Shown here in pieces: positions 20,216 through 30,446 of a stretch of DNA of 64,000 bases; the first letter of the stretch is position 1, and every line of letters begins with the position of its first letter. The notes beneath the pieces were generated by a model, which searched no databases, was not told the origin of the DNA, and saw only the letters and a program-made list of their open reading frames with translations. The position numbers and the translations under genes were made by a program. Where the stretch lies: assembly GCA_963765635.1 (NCBI GenBank), contig CAVXXF010000002.1, positions 17,045-81,044 on the forward strand, written 5' to 3'. The stretch comes from an uncultured Thermoleophilia bacterium. GTDB taxonomy: Bacteria > Actinomycetota > Thermoleophilia > UBA2241.

Positions 20216-21163
20216 ATGGCCGCACTGCTGGTCTACAGTGAGAGAGTCGATGCCGCCTGCGAACTGGTCGCCGGTGGCAAGAAGCTGGCCGCGGCCCTCG
20301 GCCTCGGCGTGAGCGCCGTAGCCCTGGGGCCGGGCGCCGGAGCCGCGGCGAGCGCGCTCGCCGCGGCCGGCGCCGACACCGTGTACGTCAGCGAAGACGC
20401 CGCTTTCGAGGGCTGGCCGGCCGACGCCGTGGCCGCCGGCCTGGCGCAGATCGCCGAGCAGGCCGGCGCGAGCGACGTGCTCGTGGGCTCCACGCGGCGT
20501 GGCAAAGAGACGGCGCCGCGCCTGGCGCAGAAGCTCGGCGCCGGCTGCGTCACCGACGTGAACGACCTTGTGGTCGAGGGCGGCGAGCTGGTCGCCGGCC
20601 GCTACGCCTACGGCGGCGCCACGGTGGCGCGCGAGAAGCTCACCACGGCGATCAAGGTCTTCGCCGTGATGCCCAAGACGTTCAGCGCCGAGGGCGCGAG
20701 CGCCGGGGCGGGCGCCTTGGTCAACCCCGCGGTTGACGTTCGAACCGGCGTCAAGGTCGTCGACCGCCGCGCCAAGGAGGGCGACCACGTCAACCTCGAC
20801 GCGGCGCCGCTCATCGTCGGCGTCGGCCGTGGCTTCAACTCCCGCGAGGACCTGGCGCTCGGCGACGAACTGGCAGCGGCGCTGGGCGCCGTCGTGGGCT
20901 GCACCAAGAGCCTCGCCGACTTCGAGTGGCTCGGCGAGGACCGCATCATCGGCCTCTCCGGCGCGAAGACGGCCCCCGACCTCTACCTGAGCGTGGGCGT
21001 CTCGGGCCAGATCCAGCACACCGTGGGCGTCTCGGCGGCCAAGCTCATCGCCGCCGTCAACAAGGACAAGGAAGCGCCGATCTTCGCGCTCGCCGACTAC
21101 GGTATCGTCGGCGACTTGTACGAGGTGCTGCCGGCGCTGACCGCGCGACTCAAGAACGTGTGA
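20216..21163 (+). CDS. etfA: Electron transfer flavoprotein alpha subunit (FixB)
   Basis: IVGVGRG, GVSGQIQH, AVNKDKEAPIFALADYGIVGDL; ATG 2 nt after the etfB stop. Confidence 0.93.
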   Translation: MAALLVYSERVDAACELVAGGKKLAAALGLGVSAVALGPGAGAAASALAAAGADTVYVSEDAAFEGWPADAVAAGLAQIAEQAGASDVLVGSTRRGKETAPRLAQKLGAGCVTDVNDLVVEGGELVAGRYAYGGATVAREKLTTAIKVFAVMPKTFSAEGASAGAGALVNPAVDVRTGVKVVDRRAKEGDHVNLDAAPLIVGVGRGFNSREDLALGDELAAALGAVVGCTKSLADFEWLGEDRIIGLSGAKTAPDLYLSVGVSGQIQHTVGVSAAKLIAAVNKDKEAPIFALADYGIVGDLYEVLPALTARLKNV

Positions 21164-21249
21164 CGGGCGGGCCGCCGGGGCCTCCGTCCGCCGGCCCCCC
21201 GTCACATCCAAGCTGCTCCGGAGGCGAGAGACGGCGTCGCCGGGAGCAC

Positions 21250-21277
21250 GGCCGGGGCCGCGAAAGCGGCCCCGGCC
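21250..21277. terminator. Perfect 12-bp hairpin with GAAA loop
   Basis: GGCCGGGGCCGC-GAAA-GCGGCCCCGGCC downstream of the etf operon. Confidence 0.55.
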
Positions 21278-21561
21278 TCGTTCTGGTGGAGTCGCCGCAG
21301 GCTCGCCGCGTTCTGAGCTCGTCAAGCTCGTCGTCTCGCTCGACTCCCCGACTGATCTCCCCTTCGTGGCCGAAGCGTCCGCAGCCGTCTTCGTTCCACG
21401 CTTGACATGTGTGCGTGCGTCACCGGCGTTTGTCGGGGAAGCCCGACTCAGTGGTGGAGGGCGGGATGTCGTCGGGAGGTACGCGGGAGCTGGGGACTGT
21501 ACAATCGCGGCCATGGTGCCGCCCCGACAGGCGACGTGGGCTGTCCCCACGAGGAGCACTC

Positions 21562-23259
21562 GTGAGCACTGAGGGTCAAGCCCACTCACCGCTGCTGCTT
21601 CGTTCGCGCATGATGCGCGCCGTTGCCTGGTTGCGGGCGCGCTCTTGGGGCGTGTTCGTGAGTGGTCTGGCGCTCGACCTTGCGTTGCTGATCCCGGCTT
21701 ACTTCGTCGACTGGCGCGATACGTATATCGGCGTGCCGGCCGCCGTCACATCGCTGATCGTGGTCAGTGGCGCGCTCGTCGGCGGACCGCGCGTCGGAGC
21801 TGCGCTGGCGCTGGCCACCGGCGTCGCCTTCGATGTGCTCATCGTTACCGATCGGTGGCTCCTGTCAGGCCTATCGAGCGCCATCGTGATCGTGGTGTGG
21901 CTGCTTGCCGGCGTCGCGGCAGGGATGCTTGGAGATCGCTACCGGGGACAAGTAAGAGCGGCGCTCGACGAGGCGGATGAGGCTCGCGAGGCGGTCGAGA
22001 GGGTGCTCGACGTGACCCCGGCCTTCCACGCCAGCGGCAACCTCGCCGGCGTCGCGCAAGCCGTGTGCGATGCAGCCCTCGAGACCGCGGGGTGCATCGC
22101 CGCCGCGCTGGTCACTATAGAGGGTGACGTTTTTCGCCTGGTCGCGAGGGCACCGGGCGGGCCAAGAGGGATGGCCATGCCGTTGCCCCTCGAGGCGTTC
22201 CCAGATCTCAAGGAGGCACTCGCAACGGAGCTCAAACCCTCCTTCGTTGCCGATCTGGCTCGACACGGCGGGCCATCGCTGATCGTCGATCTTGCCGGGT
22301 TCACCGGCCTCACCTCCGCCCTGCGAGTACCCGTGGTGCTCAACGAACGACCGGTCGCGGTGCTCACACTCGGCTGGGCGACCAGGGAATCGGAGCCGGA
22401 GCCGGCTTGGCTGGCAACCGTACAGCGCTTCACCGATCACGCCGCCGTCGCCCTCGAGAAGGCGCGTCGCGTGGCGGCGGAACGTGACGCCGCGCGCCTT
22501 TACCGCAGGTTCGAAGCCAGCCTCATCCCGCAGATCGCCACGAGCGCCAGCGACCTGCGCGTGGGCCTGAGCTACTCTCCCGGCGAGCGTCGCATGCGGC
22601 TCGGCGGCGACTTCGTCGACCTCGTCACGCGTGCCGACGGCATGGTTCGCGCGGTCATTGGCGATGTGACGGGGCACGGCCCAGACGCCGCGGCTCTGGG
22701 GGCTTACTTGCGCGCCGCCTGGCGTGCGCTCGCGCACCGCGACCTGGACGCGGTCGGGACGATGGACACGCTGAACCACCTCGTCATGGAGGAGTCGGAC
22801 CGCGCGGAGGCCGAGAAAGGGCGCATGCCCATCATGGCGACCGTGTGCGCCGTCGAGATCCCTGCCGATCGCTCGACCGTCACGTTCGCGACGGCGGGAC
22901 ACCCGCCCTCCCTCCTTATGGCGGGCGACGAGATCGCGACGATGCCGCTTGGTGGCCTCCCTCTTGGAGTGCAGACGTGCGACTGGAGGCCGGTCACAGT
23001 GCCATTGCCCGAGACCTGGACGCTCTTCCTGTACACCGATGGGATCATCGAGGCTCGCACTGCCCCGGAAGCGCGAAGTCGCATCGGCGTCGAGGGTCTG
23101 GTCGCGTTGCTCGCCGAGCCTGGCGCGAAGGGAGCATGGGCAGACGCCGACCTCCGCCGGCTTCTTGCCAAAGTCCGGCTGCTGAACGGCGGTCCGCTGC
23201 CCGACGATGCAACGCTCCTGGCGTTGAGCCGCGTGAACCTCCCCGGCGGCAATCATTAG
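21562..23259 (+). CDS. Membrane-anchored GAF + PP2C/SpoIIE (RsbU-like) phosphatase
   Basis: N-terminal TM helices, GAF segment, LGGDFVD, IGDVTGHG, AGHPP, LYTDGIIE, DDATLL. Confidence 0.88.
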   Translation: MSTEGQAHSPLLLRSRMMRAVAWLRARSWGVFVSGLALDLALLIPAYFVDWRDTYIGVPAAVTSLIVVSGALVGGPRVGAALALATGVAFDVLIVTDRWLLSGLSSAIVIVVWLLAGVAAGMLGDRYRGQVRAALDEADEAREAVERVLDVTPAFHASGNLAGVAQAVCDAALETAGCIAAALVTIEGDVFRLVARAPGGPRGMAMPLPLEAFPDLKEALATELKPSFVADLARHGGPSLIVDLAGFTGLTSALRVPVVLNERPVAVLTLGWATRESEPEPAWLATVQRFTDHAAVALEKARRVAAERDAARLYRRFEASLIPQIATSASDLRVGLSYSPGERRMRLGGDFVDLVTRADGMVRAVIGDVTGHGPDAAALGAYLRAAWRALAHRDLDAVGTMDTLNHLVMEESDRAEAEKGRMPIMATVCAVEIPADRSTVTFATAGHPPSLLMAGDEIATMPLGGLPLGVQTCDWRPVTVPLPETWTLFLYTDGIIEARTAPEARSRIGVEGLVALLAEPGAKGAWADADLRRLLAKVRLLNGGPLPDDATLLALSRVNLPGGNH

Positions 23260-23396
23260 ACCTGGCCGCAGGGGAGCCCAGGCTGCACTCAGGTCCCGGT
23301 CGTCGTGTCCCACACGGCGTGACCGCCGAGTCGGCCGATGGCCTCGCCGTTCCAAGGGTTTCGCGGACAGGTTCCGAAGGTCAAGGCAGGAGATTC

Positions 23397-26352
23397 ATGC
23401 AACTGAGTAGAGATTCAGTACGCCGGGCCCGCCGGACCGCGGCGCTCGTCTTCGTCGGCGTGGCCGTGGTTCTCGCTGCCGCCTCGGCGGCGCCGCGCAG
23501 CAGCGAGGCCGTCGCGGCGTGGCTCCGCGCCGACACCGTGAAGACGTGCACGCTCCCTGTGGCCGAGCACCTCTCAGTGGTCGCAGCGACTTCCAAGGCG
23601 GGTTCTCCCGCCCATGCCCCCATGGCTGCTGACTCCGGCGCCTTGGACTCCGCTGCGCCCGTCACCGTGACCCTCGACGCCGGTGCCGACTTCACGATGG
23701 TCGGCGTGATGTGCGATGTGCCTGCCGATCATGGCGCGGTGACCGTGCGGATTCGCACCAGCCTGGACGGCCACGGCTGGAGCCCTTGGTATGAGAGGTC
23801 TCTCGAGATCGCCGCCGACGGCCGCTCCGCTCCGCGTGCCTTCATGGACGCCATGTGGGTCGGCGCGGGGCACTACGTGCAAGTGGGCGCGAGGGCCGAC
23901 GGCACTCGCGCTCCCACCGCGCTCGATGGTGTACGCCTGATGGCGATCGACACCGACGGTGGGGACTCCATCGGCGGGAGGGCGGCGACGGTCCTGCGCC
24001 GCGTCGTCGCCACTCTCGCCGGCGTGAGCCTCACGCCCGCGGCTTCCGCGGACGTCGTCCATCCGATCTGGGTGACGCGGGCCGGGTGGGGCGCCGATGA
24101 GTCGCTGGTCAGTGGCACCCCGCAGGCGGCGCCGGTCAAGGTGGCCTTCGTCCATCACTCCACCGGCGGGAACACGTACGCGCCGACCGACGCCCCGGCG
24201 CTGGTCCGCGGTATCTACGCCTACCATACGATTGGCCTCGGCTGGAGCGACATCGGCTACAATTTCCTCATCGACCGCTTCGGCACGATCTACGTGGGCC
24301 GCGCCGGCGGCCCTGCCCAGGGCGTCGTGGGCGCCCAGGTGTACGGCTTCAACACGGGCAGCACAGGGGTCTCGATCATCGGCACCTACACGAGCGAGGC
24401 GCCACCGGTCGCGGCGGTGACGGCGCTCGAGGATCTGCTCGCCTGGAAGCTCTCGCTGAGCGGCCTCGATCCTCAGGGCACGGCGACCATGAACTGCGGC
24501 GGCACCGACAAGTTCAAGGCGGGCCAGACCGTCACGCTGCCGGTCATCGCCGGTCACCGCGACGCCAACTACACAGCGTGTCCCGGCGATGCTCTCTACG
24601 CGCAGCTGCCGGCGGTGCGGCAGGCGGTCGCCGCTCGATTCAAGCAAGCGGTGCCTGCCCCCGAGCCGTGGGTGGTGACCCTCGCCCTGTCCAGCGCCCG
24701 AGTCGAGGTCGACGACACCGTCACGTACGCCGGCAGCGTGACGACCGGCGCCGGCGCCCCCGGTAGCGGCACCGTGACCGTTCAGAAGCGCCTCGCCGGC
24801 GGCGGCGCCTGGATCGACTGGCGTCGTGCCTCCCTGAAGGCCGACGGCAGCTACGCCGTGGCCGTCGCGATGACCAATCGTCAGAGCTGGGAGTTCCGCG
24901 CCAAGATGCCCGCCAGCCAGGCCGATCTGACCGGCTACAGCGCCGTGCAGGCGCTCACCGTCGCCGCGGCCGCCCCGATTCCGGCCACGGAAGCATGCGC
25001 CTTCACCATCACCGGTCGCGGCTGGGGCCACGGCATCGGCCTGTCGCAGTGGGGCGCCTACGGTCTGGCCAAACATGGGTCCAGCTACAAGAGCATCCTC
25101 AGGCACTACTACACGGGTGTCGGTTTCACCGCCGTCAAGAACGCTACGGTCCGCGTGCTGTTGCGGAGTGGCTTGCAGGCGGTGAAGCTGACCTGCGCCA
25201 ACGACTTCACCGTGCGGGGCGGCGCCGGCGCCGTCACGATCCCCGGCGGTACGACCGCGACGACCACCTACGTCAGTGGCAAGTACAAGGTCGTCGCCGG
25301 AGGCCTCAGCAAGGTCTTTGCAGCTGCCGTCACCTTCACGCCTACCAGAGGCCAACTGGATGTCCTGACCGCCACCGACCTGCGGCAGACCGGCCGGCAT
25401 CGCGGCACGATCAGCGTCGCGGCCTCCGGGGGGTCGCTGATGATGATCAACCACGTCGCCCTGGAGAGCTACCTTCGGGGCGTCGTCCCTCACGAGGTGT
25501 CTCCCTCGTGGCCGGCCGCGTCCCTCAAGGCTCAAGCGTGCGCGGCGCGCTCGTACGCGGAGCGGGCACGACGAGTAGCGACAGGGCAGTGGGATCTGTA
25601 CTGTGATGTGCGCTCCCAGGCCTACGGTGGCATCTCCTGGGAGGCTTCTGCGACCGACGCCGCGGTCAAGTCGACCGCCGGCATCGTGCCCAGCTACGAG
25701 GGCCAGCCCATCCAAGCGTTCTACTTCTCCTCTTCGGGCGGTCACACCGAGAGCATCGAGCTCGCCTGGCAGACCTCGCCGCTGCCCTACCTCAAGGGCG
25801 TCGAGGACCCCTACGACTCGGTACGCGCCACTGCACATCTGGGGGCCGCTGCGGCGCACTCCCGTCGAGCTCACAGCTTCCCTGGGCACGGCAGTGAAGG
25901 GTTCGCTGCGGGCCATCTACAGGGTCGAGGCCGGGACTTCGCCCCGCATCGTGAAAGCGGCCATCATCGGCAGTGGCGGTACGACGTTCATGCGCGGCGA
26001 CACCCTGCGCGCGAAGCTCGGCTTGAACAGCGCCTGGGCGACGTTCAAGAGCTTGTCGATCTCGCCGGCGGCAGCGGACAAGAGGACCGTCTCGCGTGGC
26101 CAGAGTGTGTCTCTCTCGGGCCGCGTCTACCCGGCTCTTGCCTCGGGTGCGTCCGTGAAGCTCTACTACCGCAACGGCGGCGCCTGGCGGATTCGCAGTA
26201 TCACGACGGTCCGTCACGCCCAGAGCCTGGGTAGTGGCGTCACTGCGAAGTACTCCTCCTACAACGTCACGCTGGCGCCGACGCAGGACACGCAGTACTA
26301 CTTCCTCAGCGGCGCCGCCAGGTCACCGAGGACGCTGATCACGGTGAAGTAG
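23397..26352 (+). CDS. Secreted N-acetylmuramoyl-L-alanine amidase (PGRP/Amidase_2) fused to SpoIID/LytB domain; +1 frameshift at about 25820
   Basis: AFVHHST, WSDIGYNFLID, GHRDANYTACPG; GRGWGHGIGLSQWGA, LESYLRGVVPHE, LKAQACAARSY, FYFSSSGGHTE, PYLKGVEDPYDS; continues as YAPLHIWGP in another frame to 26352. Confidence 0.85.
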
Positions 26353-26759
26353 CGGCAGGACGTGGCCATCGGCAGGACACGAGCTGACGGCGGCGCTGGC
26401 TGACCACCGGGTCCCCGGTGATCCGGCAGCCTGTCGCACAGGCTCCACGGGGCGCTGGCCTCCTCTGAAATGCGCCACAAGCACGTCGCCCGGCAGCAGT
26501 TGTTCGTGCTCATCGCACGCGTCATCGATCGCGTCAAGCTGGTCTTCATCAGTGAGGCCTTCCTTGATGTGGGGTGCGCGCGCCGCCTCTCGGCCCGCCG
26601 CAGTAGATCGCTCGCGAGACGTAGGCCTTTGCGCCGGCTGAGCTCGGCCTGCGTAGATGGGCACGGGCGGCGGCCGTGCGTCATCATATCTGGCGACCAC
26701 GCAGGATAGAACGACGGGCACCTCAATGGGGACGATGACGTCGACATATCGCGTGGCCG

Positions 26760-27265
26760 ACATGTTGGCCTGTCAGACGCCGACCGGCCGGAACGCCGTC
26801 GATGGGCCGCCGTTCGTCGCCGTCTGGCGCGAGATCGGCGAGTGGCCCTGCGGCTACGCCACGCAGAACGAGCTCTTCGTGCTGCAACCACGCCGGGAAG
26901 GCGACCACGTCGTGGTGCCGGAATCCGTGCCTGTCACCTCGCGATTCCTCGGCATGATCCAGGGCGTCGGAGGCACCTCGTTCGCCACCACGAGCGGTGA
27001 CGAGACGTTCTTCACCTGGACCCAAGTCTGCGACAAGCGTGCAAAGGGGACGCCAACCTGCGTCGGCGTGTGCGATCACGACACCGGCACGGTGACGAAG
27101 CGTCCTCGCCGTGTTTGCCCACTCGGCAAACGACAGCCACTGCACGCCGGCTCTCGTCATCGAGAGCACCGGGATGCTGCATCTTGTCGCCAGCGCTTAC
27201 GGAAGGCCCTTCCGCTTTTCGCACAGCGTCCGACCTCTGGACATCGGCGCTTGGACGCTTGACGT
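26760..27265 (+). pseudogene. Decayed fragment of a BNR-repeat (BNR_4-like) beta-propeller gene
   Basis: Two frames join near 27110; NDSHCTPALVIESTGMLHLVASAYGRPFRFSHSVRPLDIGAWT resembles the BNR_4 DxHxxP..D..G.LH motif; no clear start. Confidence 0.45.
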
Positions 27266-27331
27266 TAGCGTCCTCGACGAGGTCTACCGGAGCAGAGATG
27301 CCGGGCGCGGCGGCCCCCGGGGCCGCGGGCG

Positions 27332-28468
27332 TCAGTCGCCGAGCGGGCCGCCGGGCTCGCCGGCGGCGGCCGGCGGCGGTCCCGGGTCAAGCGGTTCGCT
27401 CTCGCCACAGCCCTCCGCGTCCATCCGCACCGCGTGCCGCGCCTTGCGCAGCGCGATGAGGTCGCGGCCCAGCGTCCAGCCGGCGGACGCCAGGGGAATC
27501 GCCAGCAGCACGCCCACGATCCCGGCCAGCGTGGCGCCGATCAACGCGGCGATGAAGACCACGAGCGGTGACAGCGTGAGCGTCTTCGCGTACACGACGT
27601 TCTGGAGCACGTTGTTCTCGAACTGCTGGTAGGCGACGAAGAAGACGAGGAGCACGACGCCGTCGACCGTCGTGCCGGTGGCGAAGCCGACGATCGTGAC
27701 GATCACCGCGCCGATCGTGGCCCCGACCAAGGGGATGATGTCGAGGATGGCCACGAGGACGGCCAGCGTCTCCGCGTAGGGCACCCCGAGGACTTTGAGC
27801 ACGATGTACGACGATACGCCGGCGACCAGGCTGATGGCCAGGTTGCCGCGCACGTAGCCGCCCGTGGCGCGCAGAAAGTTCTCGCCGATGCGCGCCACCC
27901 AGCGGCGTTCGTCGCCGACGAGGGAATCGAGTATCGACGCCCAGCCTCGCGGACCCTCGATGAGCAGCATCACCATGATGGTCAGGACGGTGATGGTCGC
28001 AGCGAGGACGTACGCCGCCTTGGTCACGGCGCTGACGATGGACTGCTGGTTGCCGAGGACGACGCTGGCCACCTGGCCAGGCGTCACCGACCTGAGGCGC
28101 TCGATGACGTTGAGCCTGACCTCGAGGAAGTGCAGGTCCCCGCCCCTGCCGAACAGTGAGGTGACGAGGCGGGGAAGGTCACGGATGAAGACGTCCGACT
28201 GCCCCACCACGGGCCAGGCGATGGCGACGACCGCCGCGGCGATCACGGCGATGGTCGCGAACGAGACCAGCAGCGAGGCAAGGATACGGTTCCAGCGGTG
28301 CCGCTCGAGCCAGCCCACCGCGGGCTGGAGGGCGATCGCCAGGATGATGCCGATCAGCACCCAGAGCAGGATGCTGCGGATCTCCACGAAGAAGAGCAGC
28401 AGGGCGACGATGGCGATGACCGTGAGCGTGGCGATCGCGGTCAGGCGGATGATCTCGGAGGTGCGCAT
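27332..28468 (-). CDS. AI-2E (PerM/TqsA) family transporter
   Basis: LAIALQPAVGWL, GGYVRGNL, IPLVGATIG, YQQFENNVL, GIVGVLLAIPL. Confidence 0.9.
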   Translation of the reverse strand: MRTSEIIRLTAIATLTVIAIVALLLFFVEIRSILLWVLIGIILAIALQPAVGWLERHRWNRILASLLVSFATIAVIAAAVVAIAWPVVGQSDVFIRDLPRLVTSLFGRGGDLHFLEVRLNVIERLRSVTPGQVASVVLGNQQSIVSAVTKAAYVLAATITVLTIMVMLLIEGPRGWASILDSLVGDERRWVARIGENFLRATGGYVRGNLAISLVAGVSSYIVLKVLGVPYAETLAVLVAILDIIPLVGATIGAVIVTIVGFATGTTVDGVVLLVFFVAYQQFENNVLQNVVYAKTLTLSPLVVFIAALIGATLAGIVGVLLAIPLASAGWTLGRDLIALRKARHAVRMDAEGCGESEPLDPGPPPAAAGEPGGPLGD

Positions 28469-28604
28469 GGTCGGTGGGCGTTGCGGGCGGGTGTCGTTCA
28501 AGCCGCTCTCGTCTCCTGTCTCGCGTCCGTGCATTCGCCGTCGCGCACAGCGTATCATTGAGCGGCGCTCGCGAGGCCGTCCCTGCCTCGCGCCCCGCAC
28601 GCGT

Positions 28605-28681
28605 GGGCCTATAGCTCAGTTGGTTAGAGCAGCCGACTCATAATCGGCCGGTCGCAGGTTCGAGTCCTGCTGGGCCCACCA
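28605..28681 (+). tRNA. tRNA-Ile2 (CAT anticodon, lysidine type)
   Basis: GGGCCTA...TGGGCCC-ACCA, anticodon arm GCCGA-CTCATAA-TCGGC; resembles ileX-type tRNAs rather than fMet (no GGG/CCC run in the anticodon stem). Confidence 0.92.
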
Positions 28682-28761
28682 GCGTTGTCGCCACGACGAC
28701 GATGTCCCTGCAAGCAGGCAATGCCTGGTTTCCGGTCGCCTACCCGGTCGCTCTTCCCGGT

Positions 28762-29652
28762 TCAGCGAGTCCCGGCTCGCCTGCCCACCGGGCAGCTCAG
28801 CTCGCACATCCGGCAGTACTTGACGCCGTACTGAGGCTCTCCCTCGTCCTTCGGCATCGCCAGGACGACCTCTTCGAAGGCGTTCATCGTCGAGGCCAGG
28901 GCAGCGCCTTCTTCAGCGCTGGCCGCCATCGCCCTGGCGGCTTTCTCGACGTCCCGCGACATCTTGGTGTTGCAGGTCACCCGGTCGTAGGTGCCGTCGA
29001 TGCCCGGCAGAATCGACTGTCCCAGCTCGGAAGTCGAGTAGGCGGCGTGGTCGAAGGCCTTCACAGGGCAGGCCTTGCGGCACGGCTGCGGGCAGCCGTC
29101 GCAGGGGTCGTAGTCGAGCGGGCCGGTGGCCTTCGCCGCGCGGTCCATCAGGAGCGCCCGCCAACGGATCCGCGGGCCGTACTCCGGCGTGATCACGATG
29201 TTGTTCTTGCCGATGCATCCGAGGCCGGCCAGCACAGCCGAATCCTTCAGGAAGATCCCGGTGCTCTCGATGAAGTAGGGCGGCCGGTAGCTCTTGACCG
29301 AGAACGCCCTCTCGAGCCATGCCGAGAGCTCCCTGGTGATCTGGATGAGGATGCGGTTGCCGGGCGTCCCCTTGCCGTCGTACCAGTCGAGTTCCGGCTT
29401 GTCGACAGGGTGCTCGACTCCGATCACCACGGCGGAGACCGCGTCGGCAGGCCACTCGACCTCGTGGTGGAGGGCCTCTTCCGGCGCGTCCTGCCACGGC
29501 ACTTCGGGGTCCATGCCGATCTTCGGATAGATGCGGTGTGAGGGAGAGGCCTTCAGCGGCTCGACGTCGGCGACCCCCACGACGGACGCGCCCAGTGACC
29601 TGGCCTTCTCGACGATCCTGTCCGTCAGCTCCGACGGGGACGGCGTGTTCAC
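28762..29652 (-). CDS. QueG/reductive-dehalogenase-like 2x[4Fe-4S] protein
   Basis: GASVVGVA, LKDSAVLAGLGCIGKNNIVITPEYGPRIRWRALL, CDGCPQPCRKACP, YCRMCELSCP. Confidence 0.85.
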   Translation of the reverse strand: MNTPSPSELTDRIVEKARSLGASVVGVADVEPLKASPSHRIYPKIGMDPEVPWQDAPEEALHHEVEWPADAVSAVVIGVEHPVDKPELDWYDGKGTPGNRILIQITRELSAWLERAFSVKSYRPPYFIESTGIFLKDSAVLAGLGCIGKNNIVITPEYGPRIRWRALLMDRAAKATGPLDYDPCDGCPQPCRKACPVKAFDHAAYSTSELGQSILPGIDGTYDRVTCNTKMSRDVEKAARAMAASAEEGAALASTMNAFEEVVLAMPKDEGEPQYGVKYCRMCELSCPVGRRAGTR

Positions 29653-29720
29653 GGTCTCTCCTCTCACACGCAAGACTACGACCGGCCGTGACGACGACCT
29701 GCGATCAGCCCGCCTCCTGA

Positions 29721-30446
29721 CTAGAGGTCGAGTACGTCGATGATCTCGCGGAAGTCGGACACCGACCGCTGGCCGGCATCCCGAAAGACCGACGAAGCGC
29801 CCTCACCTGGTGTGTCGATACCCACGAAGTGCGCACCGACGTTCCGGGCGAACACCATGTCGTTCTCGCCGTCTCCGACGATGAGCAGCTCGCTCGGCAG
29901 AATGCCGCACTTACTGCAGAATCTGTCCGCCAGAGATGTGTCCGGCTTCGGCCTCGACTCTTCACCCGTACCGAGGTAGTCGAAGTACTCCAGGATCCCC
30001 GTCTTATTCAGCCCTGCGACAGTTGCAGTGAGCGTATCTACGGTGGCGACGCCGAGTCTGTAGTCCTTGCTCCTCAGGTAGCTGAGCGTTTCCGGCACGT
30101 GCGGCAGAGCGACATAGGGGACGTCATCGCCGAGAGAGAACCGCTCGATCAGCTCCAGCAGGTCGTTCGTGTCGAAGGGCCGCTGCCACCCACATTCTTC
30201 AGCGTAGCTCTGGCAGGCGTCGAACAGAGCTTGCGCTATCTGCTGGTTGGTTGAGAACTGGATCAGGCTGTCAGGCGTGAGTCGATCGGGCAGATGTCCC
30301 AAACCCTCGCTCAGCTGCCGCAGCAGCGGGTCGGGGACCTGGTAGTCGTCCTTCAGACAGGCAAGGAGAGTGGCGTAGATGTGGTGCTGCGTAGAGTGGA
30401 ACTCAAGCAGAGTCCCGTCCTTGTCGAAGAGGATGCCTTTGATCAT
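29721..30446 (-). CDS. HAD family hydrolase
   Basis: ILFDKDGTL, LGVAT, PKPD, VGDGENDM; ATGA overlap with the upstream gene. Confidence 0.9.
   Translation of the reverse strand: MIKGILFDKDGTLLEFHSTQHHIYATLLACLKDDYQVPDPLLRQLSEGLGHLPDRLTPDSLIQFSTNQQIAQALFDACQSYAEECGWQRPFDTNDLLELIERFSLGDDVPYVALPHVPETLSYLRSKDYRLGVATVDTLTATVAGLNKTGILEYFDYLGTGEESRPKPDTSLADRFCSKCGILPSELLIVGDGENDMVFARNVGAHFVGIDTPGEGASSVFRDAGQRSVSDFREIIDVLDL

Noticed and set aside
23260-23396. c-di-AMP riboswitch upstream of the cell-wall hydrolase
   Set aside because: Only CGCCGAGTC resembles the motif; the GGGGAACC, GGGGTGAAT and CCCGTCAGCTAAC blocks are absent.
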